Below are positions 19,666 to 29,831 of a DNA stretch of 64,000 nucleotides, piece by piece (the stretch's first letter is position 1; every line of letters starts with the position of its first letter). This DNA comes from Myxococcota bacterium (GTDB lineage: Bacteria > Myxococcota_A > SURF-8), in NCBI GenBank assembly GCA_965140415.1, contig OZ223209.1:4384001-4448000 (forward strand). The letters are read 5' to 3'. A model generated the notes under the pieces. It ran no database searches and had not been told where the DNA came from. It saw nothing but the letters and a program-made list of their open reading frames with translations. The position numbers and the translations under genes are program-made.

Positions 19666-20289
19666 TCAAAACTTCAATGCCGGGCCAAACAATGCGCCGA
19701 AGTCCGTGTAGAGTTGACGAATCCAGCGTTGATGCAGCAGCACGTGCGCGGTAAGTCCCACTGTTGAATTGAAATAATGAACGTAGCCCAGCCGCAGCAA
19801 CCAGCCAGCCCCGATGCGAGATTCCTGGTAGCCGTCTTTTGCCAAATAGCTCCACGCCACGCCACCGCCCGCGCCAAGATACAAACCTTTTACCAGCCGA
19901 TAACGAACTTCAATCCCAGCCGTATGAAAACTGGAGGTCGCATCTTCCCAGGGATGAAACTTGTTTCCGTAGTTCAGCCAAAGCGACCAGTCTTCCCCAA
20001 GTCCCAATCCGGCTCCGGCGCTGAAGAGCATTTCGGCGCTTTGAGAATGATTGGAAAACAAGCCGCCCGCACCGAGTTGCGCTTCCAATAAAACGGTAAC
20101 GAATCGCGGCTGCGTTTCGGCAGAAGCATCCGAAAGGACTTGTTGCTCCTTTTGCTCGCCCGACTCCGGTCTCCCCGATTGCGCATGCAGATCCATCGGC
20201 CAGATCAACAAACAGAGCGCCACTAGCAGGCACACGGCCCCAAAGCCGCCAAGATCTTTCAGTTGTTTGAAACAGGCTCTTTGATTCAT
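19666..20289 (-). CDS. Outer-membrane beta-barrel protein
   Basis: Signal-like segment ending LHA/Q, amphipathic strands, C-terminal Phe. Start set at ATG 20289 because the longer ORF overlaps the RND gene and its terminator. Confidence 0.65.
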   Translation of the reverse strand: MNQRACFKQLKDLGGFGAVCLLVALCLLIWPMDLHAQSGRPESGEQKEQQVLSDASAETQPRFVTVLLEAQLGAGGLFSNHSQSAEMLFSAGAGLGLGEDWSLWLNYGNKFHPWEDATSSFHTAGIEVRYRLVKGLYLGAGGGVAWSYLAKDGYQESRIGAGWLLRLGYVHYFNSTVGLTAHVLLHQRWIRQLYTDFGALFGPALKF

Positions 20290-20321
20290 ACAGGCATTGT
20301 ATCCCGAATATTGCGCATTGG

Positions 20322-20357
20322 CAAAAAAAAGACCGCACAGCGTGAAGCCATGCGGTC
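20322..20357 (-). terminator. Terminator of the efflux operon
   Basis: GACCGCA..TGCGGTC stem followed by a T-run on the minus strand. Confidence 0.75.
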
Positions 20358-20392
20358 CAAGGGAAGACGTGGCAAATCCAAAGGGGATGGAA

Positions 20393-23300
20393 TCAGGATT
20401 CCGCCACATCGGGGGTATTGACAGTTGCTTCCACTTCCGCCGATTCTTTTTTGCCAAGCAGCAGGCGAGCCAGGCGGCTGTGCTCCAGATCGTCGATCAG
20501 CGTGTAGACAACCGGAATCACGACCAGGGTCAACACGGTCGACGCGATCAGACCGCCGATCACCGCCACCGCCATGGGAGCGCGCATTTCCGAACCCAGT
20601 CCGTTACTTAACGCGACCGGCAACATACCGAAAACCATGGCGCCGGTGGTCATCAAAATCGGACGTAAACGAGTGGGTCCGGCCTTCAATAAGGCCTCTC
20701 TCCGGCTGAATCCATCGCGCCTGCGCAACGTATTGGTGTAGTCGATCAGCAGAATCGCATTTTTCGTCACCAATCCCATGAGCATGATAATTCCGATCAT
20801 GGAAATAATACCTAGCGCCTGCTTGGCCAGCAGCAATCCGGCGAGTGCACCGATCAACGACAACGGCAGCGACAGCATGATGGTAAACGGTTGCAGGAAA
20901 CTTTCGAACTGGCTGGCCAGCACCATATACACGATGATGATCGCTAAAAACAGCGCCACCGACATATGCTCGAAGTTTTCCTTCATGAACTTGGCTTCGC
21001 CTTCCCATTCACGCATCAGATGCTTGGGAACCACTTTTTCCGCCACGGCATTGATTTTCTGTACGGCATCGCCCAATGGCAAAGTCGTATCCAGGTTTGC
21101 CAGCACCGTGATTTCACGCTGGCGCGCACTGCGGTCGATCTGTGTCGGACCGGAGCCGACGTAGATATCGGCGGTATTGGCCAGTGACACGAGCTGGCCA
21201 TTGGAAGAGCGGATCTTCAACATGCCCAACTGTTCTTCCCGTTCACGATCGGTTTCCGCCAATTGCACCCGGATTTCGTAGTCCTCGCCAGAGTCTTTGT
21301 ATTTGGAGGCTTCGACTCCGGCCACAAACGCACGCAAGGTCTGGCCGACCTGGGCGGTCATCAAACCGAGATTCGCAGCCCGTTCGCGGTCGATATTGAC
21401 TTTAAGTTCCGGCTTGCTCGCTTCGAAGGTCGTATCCAGATCGACGACGCCGGGAATGAGCTTGATTTCATCCGCCAGTTCGCGTGTCACGCGGTCCAGT
21501 TCTTCCAGATCCCCACCACGAATGCTAAGCTGAATCGGCGCACTTCTAAACCCACCGGAAGAAGCAAAGGCATCGACATCTTCAACGGTGATGGTGGCTT
21601 CCTCGGAACTGGTCAATTCAGCGCGAAGAAGTTCGATAAACTTGCCCTGCGAAATATCGCGCTCACCCTTACCGCACAGCTTCACGTAGATCTGCGCAAC
21701 GTTCTTCTTTTTCTGAGCATCGGAACCGACTGTTGTGACCGTACTTACCACCACATCACGGTGAGCGCGAACTTTTTCCGCCAATTCGGAAGCCATCCGT
21801 TCGGTATGTTCGATGGTGGAACCCGTGGGCAATGTCAATACGACATTGATTTCACCCATATCCGCCCTCGTTTTCATTTCCGTACTGATGAACGTTCCCA
21901 TGTACAGAGAAAGGATAAAAATGGAGATGGCGGCAATTACCGTAGTCTTGCGATAGTTCAGCGCCAAACTGATGACCGAGCGATAACCGGAGTCGATCCA
22001 GTTAAGGAATCGTTCGATGGCATCGTATACCTTATTCTGGCCCCCCTTCTTCAAGAAGCGGGAACTGAGCATGGGCGTTAGCGTGAATGAGACGAACAGT
22101 GACAGCAACACGGCGACCGTAACCGTCAATCCGAACTGATACATAAATCGTCCGATGATACCACCCATAAAGGCCACCGGCACGAACACCGCGACAATGG
22201 ATAAGGTAGTTGCAAGAACCGCCAGCCCGATTTCGTCGGTCGCAAAAGCAGCCGCTTCACGCGCTGACATGCCCTCTTCCATGTGCCGGTAGATATTCTC
22301 CAGCACAACGATGGCGTCATCGATCAAAATACCGATGGAGATGGAAAGCGCCAGCATCGTCAAGGTGTTGAAGGTGAAATCCATCACGTAGATAAAGGTG
22401 AATGTTCCGATAACCGAGGTCGGAATGGCAAGCGCGCTGATAATCGTGCTGCGTCCGTTTCGCAGGAAGAAGAAGATGATCACCACGGCCAGAAACGCGC
22501 CGAAAATCATATCGAACTGCACGTGCTCGATGGACGTCTGAATAAAGGGCGTACTGTCCGCTGCGATGATTACCCGCCAGCCATCCGGGAAAGCGGGTTG
22601 CAATTCGGCCAGGCGCTCTTTCAGTTTTTCCGCGACAGCAACGGTATTCGTACCCGACTGCTTGAGCACTTTCAAAGTAACGGCGCGCGTTCCATCCAGT
22701 TTGGCGGCGGATTCACGCTCTTCCAGACCATCTTCCACCGTGGCGATATCCGCGATCCGAATACGCCTTCCCTGCTGCTCAACAACAGTCAGGTTGCGGA
22801 TTTCGTCCAGATTCTGAAACTCGCCATCTATTTTCAGTACGAATTCGGTGTCACCGGCAGTAACCCGTCCGCCAGGAATACTCAGATTGCTGGCAGCCAA
22901 TACCTGCACGATATCCGTAACCGCCAGGTTCCTCGCTTCCAGTTTACGGGGATCGACCCAGACTTTGATTTCGCGTTCCTGTCCACCGATGATGTCGATA
23001 CTACCGACACCTTGAATTTGCTGGATCTGCTCTTTGATTCGCTTACGGGCGAATTCCGTAACTTCGCTGATCGTTCCGGGTCCACTGACCGCAAGGGTCA
23101 TTACCGGGATGGCGTCCATGTCGAATTTTTCGACTTTGGGAGATTCGATTTCCGCAGGCAGATCCGGCAGAATACGTGAAATCTTATCCCGAACATCCTG
23201 AATGGCCTGTTCGGCATTGACTTCCATTTCGAACATGATGATTACCTGGGAAACGTTCTCCGCGCTGATGGAGCGCAGCGAACGAATACCGTTGATGGTG

Positions 23301-23515
23301 CTCACCGCTTCTTCGAGTTTTTCGCTGATCTCGGTTTCCACAGTCTCCGGGTCGGCGCCGGGATAGATCGTTAATATCGTGGCAACCGGGAATTCAATAT
23401 CCGGGTACAAATCCACGCCGATACGCGGATAACTCACCGCACCAAACACCACGATAGCCAGAATAACCATCGTGATGAAAACGGGGCGTTTGATCGATAC
23501 ATCAGAAAGGACCAT
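20393..23515 (-). CDS. RND efflux transporter permease (AcrB/AcrD/AcrF family)
   Basis: 1040 aa; SIKRPVF, GILIDDAIVVLENI, GLVTKNAILLIDY and RLRPILMT motifs. Confidence 0.97.
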   Translation of the reverse strand: MVLSDVSIKRPVFITMVILAIVVFGAVSYPRIGVDLYPDIEFPVATILTIYPGADPETVETEISEKLEEAVSTINGIRSLRSISAENVSQVIIMFEMEVNAEQAIQDVRDKISRILPDLPAEIESPKVEKFDMDAIPVMTLAVSGPGTISEVTEFARKRIKEQIQQIQGVGSIDIIGGQEREIKVWVDPRKLEARNLAVTDIVQVLAASNLSIPGGRVTAGDTEFVLKIDGEFQNLDEIRNLTVVEQQGRRIRIADIATVEDGLEERESAAKLDGTRAVTLKVLKQSGTNTVAVAEKLKERLAELQPAFPDGWRVIIAADSTPFIQTSIEHVQFDMIFGAFLAVVIIFFFLRNGRSTIISALAIPTSVIGTFTFIYVMDFTFNTLTMLALSISIGILIDDAIVVLENIYRHMEEGMSAREAAAFATDEIGLAVLATTLSIVAVFVPVAFMGGIIGRFMYQFGLTVTVAVLLSLFVSFTLTPMLSSRFLKKGGQNKVYDAIERFLNWIDSGYRSVISLALNYRKTTVIAAISIFILSLYMGTFISTEMKTRADMGEINVVLTLPTGSTIEHTERMASELAEKVRAHRDVVVSTVTTVGSDAQKKKNVAQIYVKLCGKGERDISQGKFIELLRAELTSSEEATITVEDVDAFASSGGFRSAPIQLSIRGGDLEELDRVTRELADEIKLIPGVVDLDTTFEASKPELKVNIDRERAANLGLMTAQVGQTLRAFVAGVEASKYKDSGEDYEIRVQLAETDREREEQLGMLKIRSSNGQLVSLANTADIYVGSGPTQIDRSARQREITVLANLDTTLPLGDAVQKINAVAEKVVPKHLMREWEGEAKFMKENFEHMSVALFLAIIIVYMVLASQFESFLQPFTIMLSLPLSLIGALAGLLLAKQALGIISMIGIIMLMGLVTKNAILLIDYTNTLRRRDGFSRREALLKAGPTRLRPILMTTGAMVFGMLPVALSNGLGSEMRAPMAVAVIGGLIASTVLTLVVIPVVYTLIDDLEHSRLARLLLGKKESAEVEATVNTPDVAES

Positions 23516-23526
23516 CTGTGCCCCCC

Positions 23527-24654
23527 TTAGATTTGCTGCTTAGGCTGGATGTCTTGACCATCCTTCAAATCGTCGACGCCGCTGACAATCAACTGATCGC
23601 CGCTGGACAATCCCTTGTTCACCAGCACGCGCTCTCCCTGGCTTTCCCCCAGAGTCACAAATACCACCTGAGCCTGTTCGCCTTTGGCGAGGTACACAAA
23701 GCTCTTGTCGTTGATGTCGCGCTTGACGGCGCGCACCGGCACGAGAATCGCCTGATCCACGCGATTGCGTTCCAGACGAATTCGGCAGAATGCACCAGCC
23801 TTGATGTCTCCAGTAGGATTGTCGATGCGCAGCCGCACTTCGAAATTCTGCGCGCCCTGCTGAATACGATTACTGGCGAAGATGATTTCGCCGGTGGTTT
23901 CCTTATCCGCGTAACCGATCGTGATCTTAGCCTTGTCGCCTTTTTTCACGTGGGCGGCAGCGTCTTCCGGCAGAAACGCCTGCACTTCCAAAGAGGAGGC
24001 ATCCACGATCTTGATCAAGGGCGTCAACGGCATGGAGGGCGCGTATTCGCCGATTTCTTTCAGGATCATGTCGATCACCCCATCATAGGGGGCTTTCAAT
24101 ACGGAGTCGGACAGCGCCTTCTGCGCCTGTTCCAAACCGCTTTCCGCCATCTGCAACTGAGCCACGGCACCATCGTACTGCGCTTTGACACGATCGTAAT
24201 TCGACTGCGAGGTCGCACTGGATTCAAGCAGTTGACTCATGCGGTCCAGTTCCAGCTTCATTAAATCGGCCTGCGTCCGGGCGGCCTCGCGGGCGGCTGT
24301 GGCTTGCTTGACGCCCAACGAATACCCTCGCTGATCGAAGCGCACAAGCACTTGCCCCTTCTTCACGACATCACCTTCTTTGACCCGGATTTCTTTAATT
24401 GTACCAGGCACTTCGCTGCTCAAAAAACTTTCCCGGAGAGGAAGAGCCGTACCGGTCACTTCGATTTCCGAGGTAAACGGCTCCGTTTTCAGTTCGATTA
24501 CACTGACCAGCTTACCTTTTTGATCCAATACCGCCGCCTGGGCCGGAGATTCGACTTTCGCCGGCTGGCAGCTCAACAACACAAAGGACAGCAGCATCAT
24601 TGCCAGTAATGCACTGTACCTCGTTTCCACTTGTGTTTGCCTTGGATGACTCAT
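23527..24654 (-). CDS. RND membrane-fusion (periplasmic adaptor) lipoprotein
   Basis: Lipobox LLSC; biotinyl-lipoyl-like SEVPG..VKEGDVVKKGQVL; LKAPYDG. Confidence 0.93.
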   Translation of the reverse strand: MSHPRQTQVETRYSALLAMMLLSFVLLSCQPAKVESPAQAAVLDQKGKLVSVIELKTEPFTSEIEVTGTALPLRESFLSSEVPGTIKEIRVKEGDVVKKGQVLVRFDQRGYSLGVKQATAAREAARTQADLMKLELDRMSQLLESSATSQSNYDRVKAQYDGAVAQLQMAESGLEQAQKALSDSVLKAPYDGVIDMILKEIGEYAPSMPLTPLIKIVDASSLEVQAFLPEDAAAHVKKGDKAKITIGYADKETTGEIIFASNRIQQGAQNFEVRLRIDNPTGDIKAGAFCRIRLERNRVDQAILVPVRAVKRDINDKSFVYLAKGEQAQVVFVTLGESQGERVLVNKGLSSGDQLIVSGVDDLKDGQDIQPKQQI

Positions 24655-24691
24655 GCTCCAAACTCCTTGCTCTGGTTGGTTCTTTTCGAAA

Positions 24692-26113
24692 TCAATTTAA
24701 CAGATCGTTGCCCATGCTGAGCATGAGAGCGGTTTCAGCAATCTTGACGTTCATTTCCGCAACAATCAGGTCGTTTTCCGCTTTGATCGCCTGGGTCTGG
24801 GTACCCAGCAAATCGGTGGTCGTCGCTTCCTGCACTTCGTAGCGCACTTCCTCGATTCGCAGGCTTTCCTTGGCTTGTTTCAACTGCGCGCTGGCAACTT
24901 CCACTTCTTGCAGAGCTTCTTTGAGATCCAGGCGCTTCTGTTCCACCTGCAAGCGTACACCGTCGGTAGCCGCTTGCAGACCGTAGGTGGCGATGTCGTG
25001 CTGGGCGTAGGCGCTTTTCGCTTTGTAGAAATCGGCACCCCACTCCCAGATGTCCCAACTCAACACCAACCCGCCGAAATAGGCGTGTTTTTGCGACATG
25101 TCTCCCAAGCCGCCTGCATATTCATACTGGAAGACGGCATTCAGTTCCGGCAACATGGCCGCGATAGCCGCATGTTTGCCCGCTTTGGCCGCTTCTTTCT
25201 GATGTTGGATGGCTTTCAGCATGGGATGGGTTTGCACCGCCGTACTTTTCTGAGCCTGCAACGAATCGTTCAACAACTGCGTTCCGACCTGTTCTTCATA
25301 TACCGGAATCAGTGGAGAATCGAAGCTGCGGCCCATGTACATGTTCAGCGCAGCCTTAGCCAGTTGAATGCCCTTTTCCACCTGGAAAATATTCTTCTGG
25401 ATTTCGGCTTTCTGGACCTGAACTTTCAACAAAGCGTTACGCTCGACCAACTCGGCTTCCATGTAAGCTTCGACCTGCTTTTCGTAGGCTTCCACCTGCT
25501 TGTACGCACTTTTCACGGTTTCGAGCATGCGGGTAGCCGAAATCAAGCTGTAATAGGCTTTTGACACGGTGCCTTCGATATCCTGGCGTTTGGTGTCCCG
25601 ATTGTAGCGGGCGGCGTCCGTTAACTCGTCGTTGGCCCAATATCCGGAGTAAATCTGGTACAGTTGCGTAAGCGGCTGGGCGACGGTCACCTTGGCGCCA
25701 TAAGTAAGCTGCTCGCGCAGCACCATGCTGGTATCCGCCGTCAACAAGGGCTGCAACTGCGCCTGAGTATCTGCCGACAGAAACGGTCCCATTTCTTCGA
25801 ACACCGCGCCCAGTGGTCCCATGAAGTCTCCAAGCATGTCGCTTGTAAACTCATCACCCCAGTACAGGAGATTCGCTTCCGCGCGCACCATCGGCAAGAA
25901 ACGTCCGCGAATGCTGTTCCGCTCGCCAAGCTGTTTCTCGACTTCGGCGTTTGCTGCCTTCAACTGGCTGTAATTACTAACGACTTCATTCAGGCATTGC
26001 TCCAGGGTCATTCGTTCGGCCCATGCCTGATTCGCGGGAAAAACAACCGTTAGCAGCAATACAACAATCAGCCACATCGGAATTTTGATCCACACTTTCC
26101 GCTTCATGTTCAA
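24692..26113 (-). CDS. TolC-family outer-membrane efflux protein
   Basis: Signal peptide, MTLEQCL, OEP repeats (FLP..; LPELN..LSWDIWEWG; RYEVQEATTTDLL). Confidence 0.92.
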   Translation of the reverse strand: MNMKRKVWIKIPMWLIVVLLLTVVFPANQAWAERMTLEQCLNEVVSNYSQLKAANAEVEKQLGERNSIRGRFLPMVRAEANLLYWGDEFTSDMLGDFMGPLGAVFEEMGPFLSADTQAQLQPLLTADTSMVLREQLTYGAKVTVAQPLTQLYQIYSGYWANDELTDAARYNRDTKRQDIEGTVSKAYYSLISATRMLETVKSAYKQVEAYEKQVEAYMEAELVERNALLKVQVQKAEIQKNIFQVEKGIQLAKAALNMYMGRSFDSPLIPVYEEQVGTQLLNDSLQAQKSTAVQTHPMLKAIQHQKEAAKAGKHAAIAAMLPELNAVFQYEYAGGLGDMSQKHAYFGGLVLSWDIWEWGADFYKAKSAYAQHDIATYGLQAATDGVRLQVEQKRLDLKEALQEVEVASAQLKQAKESLRIEEVRYEVQEATTTDLLGTQTQAIKAENDLIVAEMNVKIAETALMLSMGNDLLN

Positions 26114-26697
26114 TTCCTCTTTGTTAATCCTTCAAAGATTAGATCCAGATACTCTTTTACTTTTTGTCTTCCCTGCTCGAATGTCATGTTTCCCATGAAA
26201 ATCTGGTTCAACGCTTCATCCATGGAAATATTCAACAATTCCGCCGCTACCGTAGGTCTCCGGCAGGCGATTTCATTACGCTGTACACCTTCTAGAATCA
26301 CTTCAGTAAAGACGTCCACCGCCTGTTTATGATGAAACTTCAGGCCTATCTCGATTTCACTTTTCATTTCCAGCCAGATCTCGGGAGAAATCGCTTTGCC
26401 ATCCAGGATACGGATCGTGCTATCCAGAATGCTGTCGAACATCTTTTCGAACGTGTCACGCACCGTCTCGCCAAGCTGCCGCGCCTTGTCCATTCGAATG
26501 AAATGGCTTTCGGCGATCCGATTGATACAAGCTAAAAACAGCTCCCGCTTGCCGGGAAAATATTTGTAAATAGCTGATTTTACTAAACCTAAGTCACCTG
26601 CAATATCCTCTAACCGGCACCTGCGAAATCCATTGTGGAAAAAGTACCGTTCCGCAGCATCCAATATCTGTTCTCGTCTCATGTTTTCCGTGCTCAT
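26110..26697 (-). CDS. TetR/AcrR family transcriptional regulator
   Basis: RREQILDAAERYF..IAGDLGLVKSAIYKYFPGKRELF HTH; first gene of the efflux operon. Confidence 0.93.
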   Translation of the reverse strand: MSTENMRREQILDAAERYFFHNGFRRCRLEDIAGDLGLVKSAIYKYFPGKRELFLACINRIAESHFIRMDKARQLGETVRDTFEKMFDSILDSTIRILDGKAISPEIWLEMKSEIEIGLKFHHKQAVDVFTEVILEGVQRNEIACRRPTVAAELLNISMDEALNQIFMGNMTFEQGRQKVKEYLDLIFEGLTKRN

Positions 26698-26715
26698 CTT
26701 ACCACCTGGTGACCA

Positions 26716-26742
26716 AGTGAACAATTCGTTCATTTGTTCACT
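26716..26742. promoter_or_regulatory. Probable TetR operator, next to a TTGACA -35 (minus strand, 26756-26761)
   Basis: AGTGAACAA-N9-TTGTTCACT dyad just upstream of tetR. Confidence 0.6.
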
Positions 26743-26893
26743 ATTGCAATAAAAATGTCAAGCGTTTTTTTGTTGAGTAATATTTTCATGAGAGTAAGCC
26801 GGAAGAATAAGCGCACACACCAGCTTATGCCCCAATCGACAAGAGATTGCAGGTCGGGTCAGATGACCCTTTGGATGGTTCAAGGCTCCCGTC

Positions 26894-28215
26894 CACATCT
26901 GTCCGGTTAACTTTAACGCAAACCACAGTAACTATCCAGTATCTTTAACAAAAACACCTCTTTCAATGTGCTTGCGATAGATTTTCGTTCTCGTGCAAAA
27001 TGGACTTGTTTTCCATGACCCATTTGCAGGAGGAGCATATGCCTCAAACTGTCTTTTCGCAAGTACTTGATTACTTGCCCAATTGGCATTTCAGACGTTG
27101 TGTCCACCGCTATCAGGGGAACAAGCGCATTCGTACCTTTTCCTGCATGGATCAATTCATCTGCATGGCATTCGCGCAGTTGTCTTACAGGGAAAGTCTG
27201 CGCGACATCGAAGCGACCTTGCGTGCGTTGGGATCAAAACTCTACCGAATGGGGGTTCGAGGAAAAGTATCTCGAAGTACACTGGCCGACGCCAACGAGC
27301 ACCGCGACTGGCGTATATACGAAGATCTCGCGCAACCTCTGATACGGCGCGCTCGCACACTGTATGCGGACGAAAAGCTCGGCGTCGATCTGGATGCCAC
27401 CGCTTACGCTCTGGACACCACGGCCATCGATTTGAGTTTGTCTCTTTTTCCCTGGGCCAAATTTACACGTCACTATGGATCGCTCCGACTGCATACGCAG
27501 ATGGATCTGCGCGGACGAATTCCTACCTTTATTTCCATTACAGACGGTAAAAGCCAGGACAAGCGTCTGCTGGATATTCTGCCCCTGGAAGCGGGTGCTT
27601 TTTACATCATGGATCGCGGATATCTGGATTACAAGCGGATGTATAAAATCAATCAAGCAGGAGCTTTCTTTATTCTTAGAGCACGAAAGGATACGCACAC
27701 AAAAAAGATTTATTCTCGTCCTGTTGATAAAAGCACAGGTTTGAGAACAGACCAAACCGTTTCTCTTGTTGATCGCGCTTCCCTCAAGCGTTACCCCGAC
27801 CAGTTGCGGCGTATCAATTACACCGATCCGGAATCGAAAAGCCGATTTGTCTGGCTGACCAACGCTTTCGATCTGCCATCGGAAACGATTCCGGACTTGT
27901 ATCGGCTTCGTTGGAGCATCGAAGTGTTTTTCAAATGGATCAAGCAGAATCTACGCATCAAGGCGTTCTACGGGACCAGTGCCAACGCGGTGAAAACGCA
28001 GGTATGGATTTCGATAACAGTTTACCTTTTAGTGGCGATTTTGAAAAAGGATCTGAATCTCGAGCACAGTTTGATGACGATTCTACAGATTTTGAGCGTC
28101 ACACTTTTCGAGGAAAGCCCCATTTTACAGGTACTGAAGGCAAATGGTGATTCAGCGAAATCCCCCCCTTTCGGTAAACAGTTGGAATTATTCAATAGTT
28201 AACCGGACAGATGTG
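26894..28215 (+). mobile_element. IS4-family insertion sequence, copy A
   Basis: Perfect TIRs CACATCTGTCCGGTTAACT / AGTTAACCGGACAGATGTG enclosing a DDE transposase whose stop codon lies in the right TIR. Confidence 0.92.
27039..28202 (+). CDS. IS4-family transposase (DUF4372 + DDE_Tnp_1)
   Basis: FAQLSYRESLRDIE, ALDTT, MDRGY, YRLRWSIEVFFKWIKQ (YREK motif); RBS GGAGGAG. Confidence 0.95.
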   Translation: MPQTVFSQVLDYLPNWHFRRCVHRYQGNKRIRTFSCMDQFICMAFAQLSYRESLRDIEATLRALGSKLYRMGVRGKVSRSTLADANEHRDWRIYEDLAQPLIRRARTLYADEKLGVDLDATAYALDTTAIDLSLSLFPWAKFTRHYGSLRLHTQMDLRGRIPTFISITDGKSQDKRLLDILPLEAGAFYIMDRGYLDYKRMYKINQAGAFFILRARKDTHTKKIYSRPVDKSTGLRTDQTVSLVDRASLKRYPDQLRRINYTDPESKSRFVWLTNAFDLPSETIPDLYRLRWSIEVFFKWIKQNLRIKAFYGTSANAVKTQVWISITVYLLVAILKKDLNLEHSLMTILQILSVTLFEESPILQVLKANGDSAKSPPFGKQLELFNS

Positions 28216-28288
28216 GATATAATCCTGATCCATCGCAAGAGATACTGTCCCGACCATGAAGACAAACGCAAGGAGCAGGACGGGAGCC

Positions 28289-29594
28289 CACAGCTGTCCC
28301 GCTAACTTCCAGGTTCAGCGCTACAACTACTTATTATTACAGATTGAATTTGTGATTATCAGGTGTCCGCGATAGTTTTTCTGCATTTCGAATAGTCAAG
28401 AAATGCAGGAGATCAAAATGACACAGACTGTCTTTTCGCAAGTGCTCGACTATTTGCCGGATCGCCATTTCCGCCGTTGTGTCAATCGCTATCAGGGGAA
28501 CAAGCGCATTCGTACCTTTTCCTGTATGGATCAATTCATTTGCATGGCATTTGCCCAGCTGGCCTACCGCGAAAGCCTGCGCGATATTGAAGCGACCTTG
28601 CGGGCTATTCAGCTGAAACTTTATCACATGGGTCTGCGTGGAAAAGTCTCTCGCAACACACTGGCCAGAGCGAATGAAAAACGCGACTGGCGCATTTACG
28701 CAGATCTCGCTCAGCCCCTGATACGGCGCGCCCGCGCGCTGTATGCGGACGAGAAGCTCGCCGTCGACCTAGACGCCACCACCTACGCGCTCGACACGAC
28801 AGCGATTGATTTGAGTTTGTCGCTTTTTCCATGGGCCAAATTCACGCGATACAATGGATCATTGCGTCTTCACACGCAAATGGACCTTCGCGGACGGATT
28901 CCCGCCTTTATTTCCATTACGGACGGCAAGAGCCATGACAAGCGTTTACTGGATATTCTGCCTTTGGAAGCGGGCGCATTTTATATCATGGATCGCGGTT
29001 ATGTCGATTACGGACGCATGCATCGCATCCATCGGGCGGGAGCCTTCTTCATTCTTAGAGCCAGCAAGAACACCAGCACAAAGCGAATCTATTCACACCC
29101 CATCGACAAGAGCTTGGGATTGCGCGCCGATCAGACCGTGAGCTTCGTGGACCGTGCTTCCATTCGACGCTATCCGGATCATGTGCGGCGAATCAACTAC
29201 ATCGATCCAGAATCGAACACCCGATTTGTCTGGCTGACCAACAACTTTGATCTTTCTTCGGAAACGATTCCGGACTTGTACCGGCTGCGGTGGAGTATCG
29301 AAGTGTTTTTCAAATGGATCAAACAGAATCTGCGAATCAAGGCGTTTTACGGTCGCAGCGCCAATGCGGTAAAGACACAAGTGTGGATTTCGATTACGGT
29401 TTATCTGTTGGTTGCGATTCTGAAAAAGGATCTGAATCTCGAGCACAGTTTGATGACGATTCTACAGATTTTAAGCGTCACGCTTTTCGAGGAAAGCCCC
29501 ATTTTACAGGTGCTAAAGGCAAACGCCTCCCTGCCTACCAATATCCCTTTTGGTAAGCAGTTGGAATTATTCAATAGTTAACGGGACAGCTGTG
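28289..29594 (+). mobile_element. IS4-family insertion sequence, copy B (diverged relative of copy A)
   Basis: TIRs CACAGCTGTCCCGCTAACT / AGTTAACGGGACAGCTGTG (one mismatch). Confidence 0.92.
28418..29581 (+). CDS. IS4-family transposase (DUF4372 + DDE_Tnp_1)
   Basis: Same motifs as copy A; clearly homologous but with many substitutions. Confidence 0.95.
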   Translation: MTQTVFSQVLDYLPDRHFRRCVNRYQGNKRIRTFSCMDQFICMAFAQLAYRESLRDIEATLRAIQLKLYHMGLRGKVSRNTLARANEKRDWRIYADLAQPLIRRARALYADEKLAVDLDATTYALDTTAIDLSLSLFPWAKFTRYNGSLRLHTQMDLRGRIPAFISITDGKSHDKRLLDILPLEAGAFYIMDRGYVDYGRMHRIHRAGAFFILRASKNTSTKRIYSHPIDKSLGLRADQTVSFVDRASIRRYPDHVRRINYIDPESNTRFVWLTNNFDLSSETIPDLYRLRWSIEVFFKWIKQNLRIKAFYGRSANAVKTQVWISITVYLLVAILKKDLNLEHSLMTILQILSVTLFEESPILQVLKANASLPTNIPFGKQLELFNS

Positions 29595-29666
29595 GGCTCC
29601 CGTCTTGAACCTTCGGCTTTCGGTCGGGGCTCCTGTCCCGACCACAAAGACAAAAGTCAAACGACG

Positions 29667-29721
29667 CTTGCCCATGTGACCCTCGAACACGGGCAAACCT
29701 GCGGTTTAGCCCGCGCCACCC
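29667..29721 (-). repeat. GGTGGC-type REP-like element
   Basis: Near-identical to the reverse complement of 41318-41371; related to 38247-38336. Confidence 0.7.
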
Positions 29722-29831
29722 TGACTGTTGAATACACAAGCAAAAACGGCAGGCTTACGCTCCGCCGCTACAGAAGTCAAAAAGTTGTATCGTCTAAAAT
29801 AATGAGGAACCGCGATAGACCGGAGTTGGGC

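Noticed and set aside
20425-26053. Long + strand ORFs opposite the efflux operon, and similar antisense ORFs elsewhere (e.g. 6473-7348, 43486-44241, 61102-61995)
   Set aside because: Shadow frames of well-supported genes with no recognisable motifs.
28279-29604. 29-bp terminal inverted repeats for IS-B
   Set aside because: The outer 10 bp are target/REP-loop sequence also found left of IS-A; comparison with IS-A places the true ends at CACA..TGTG.
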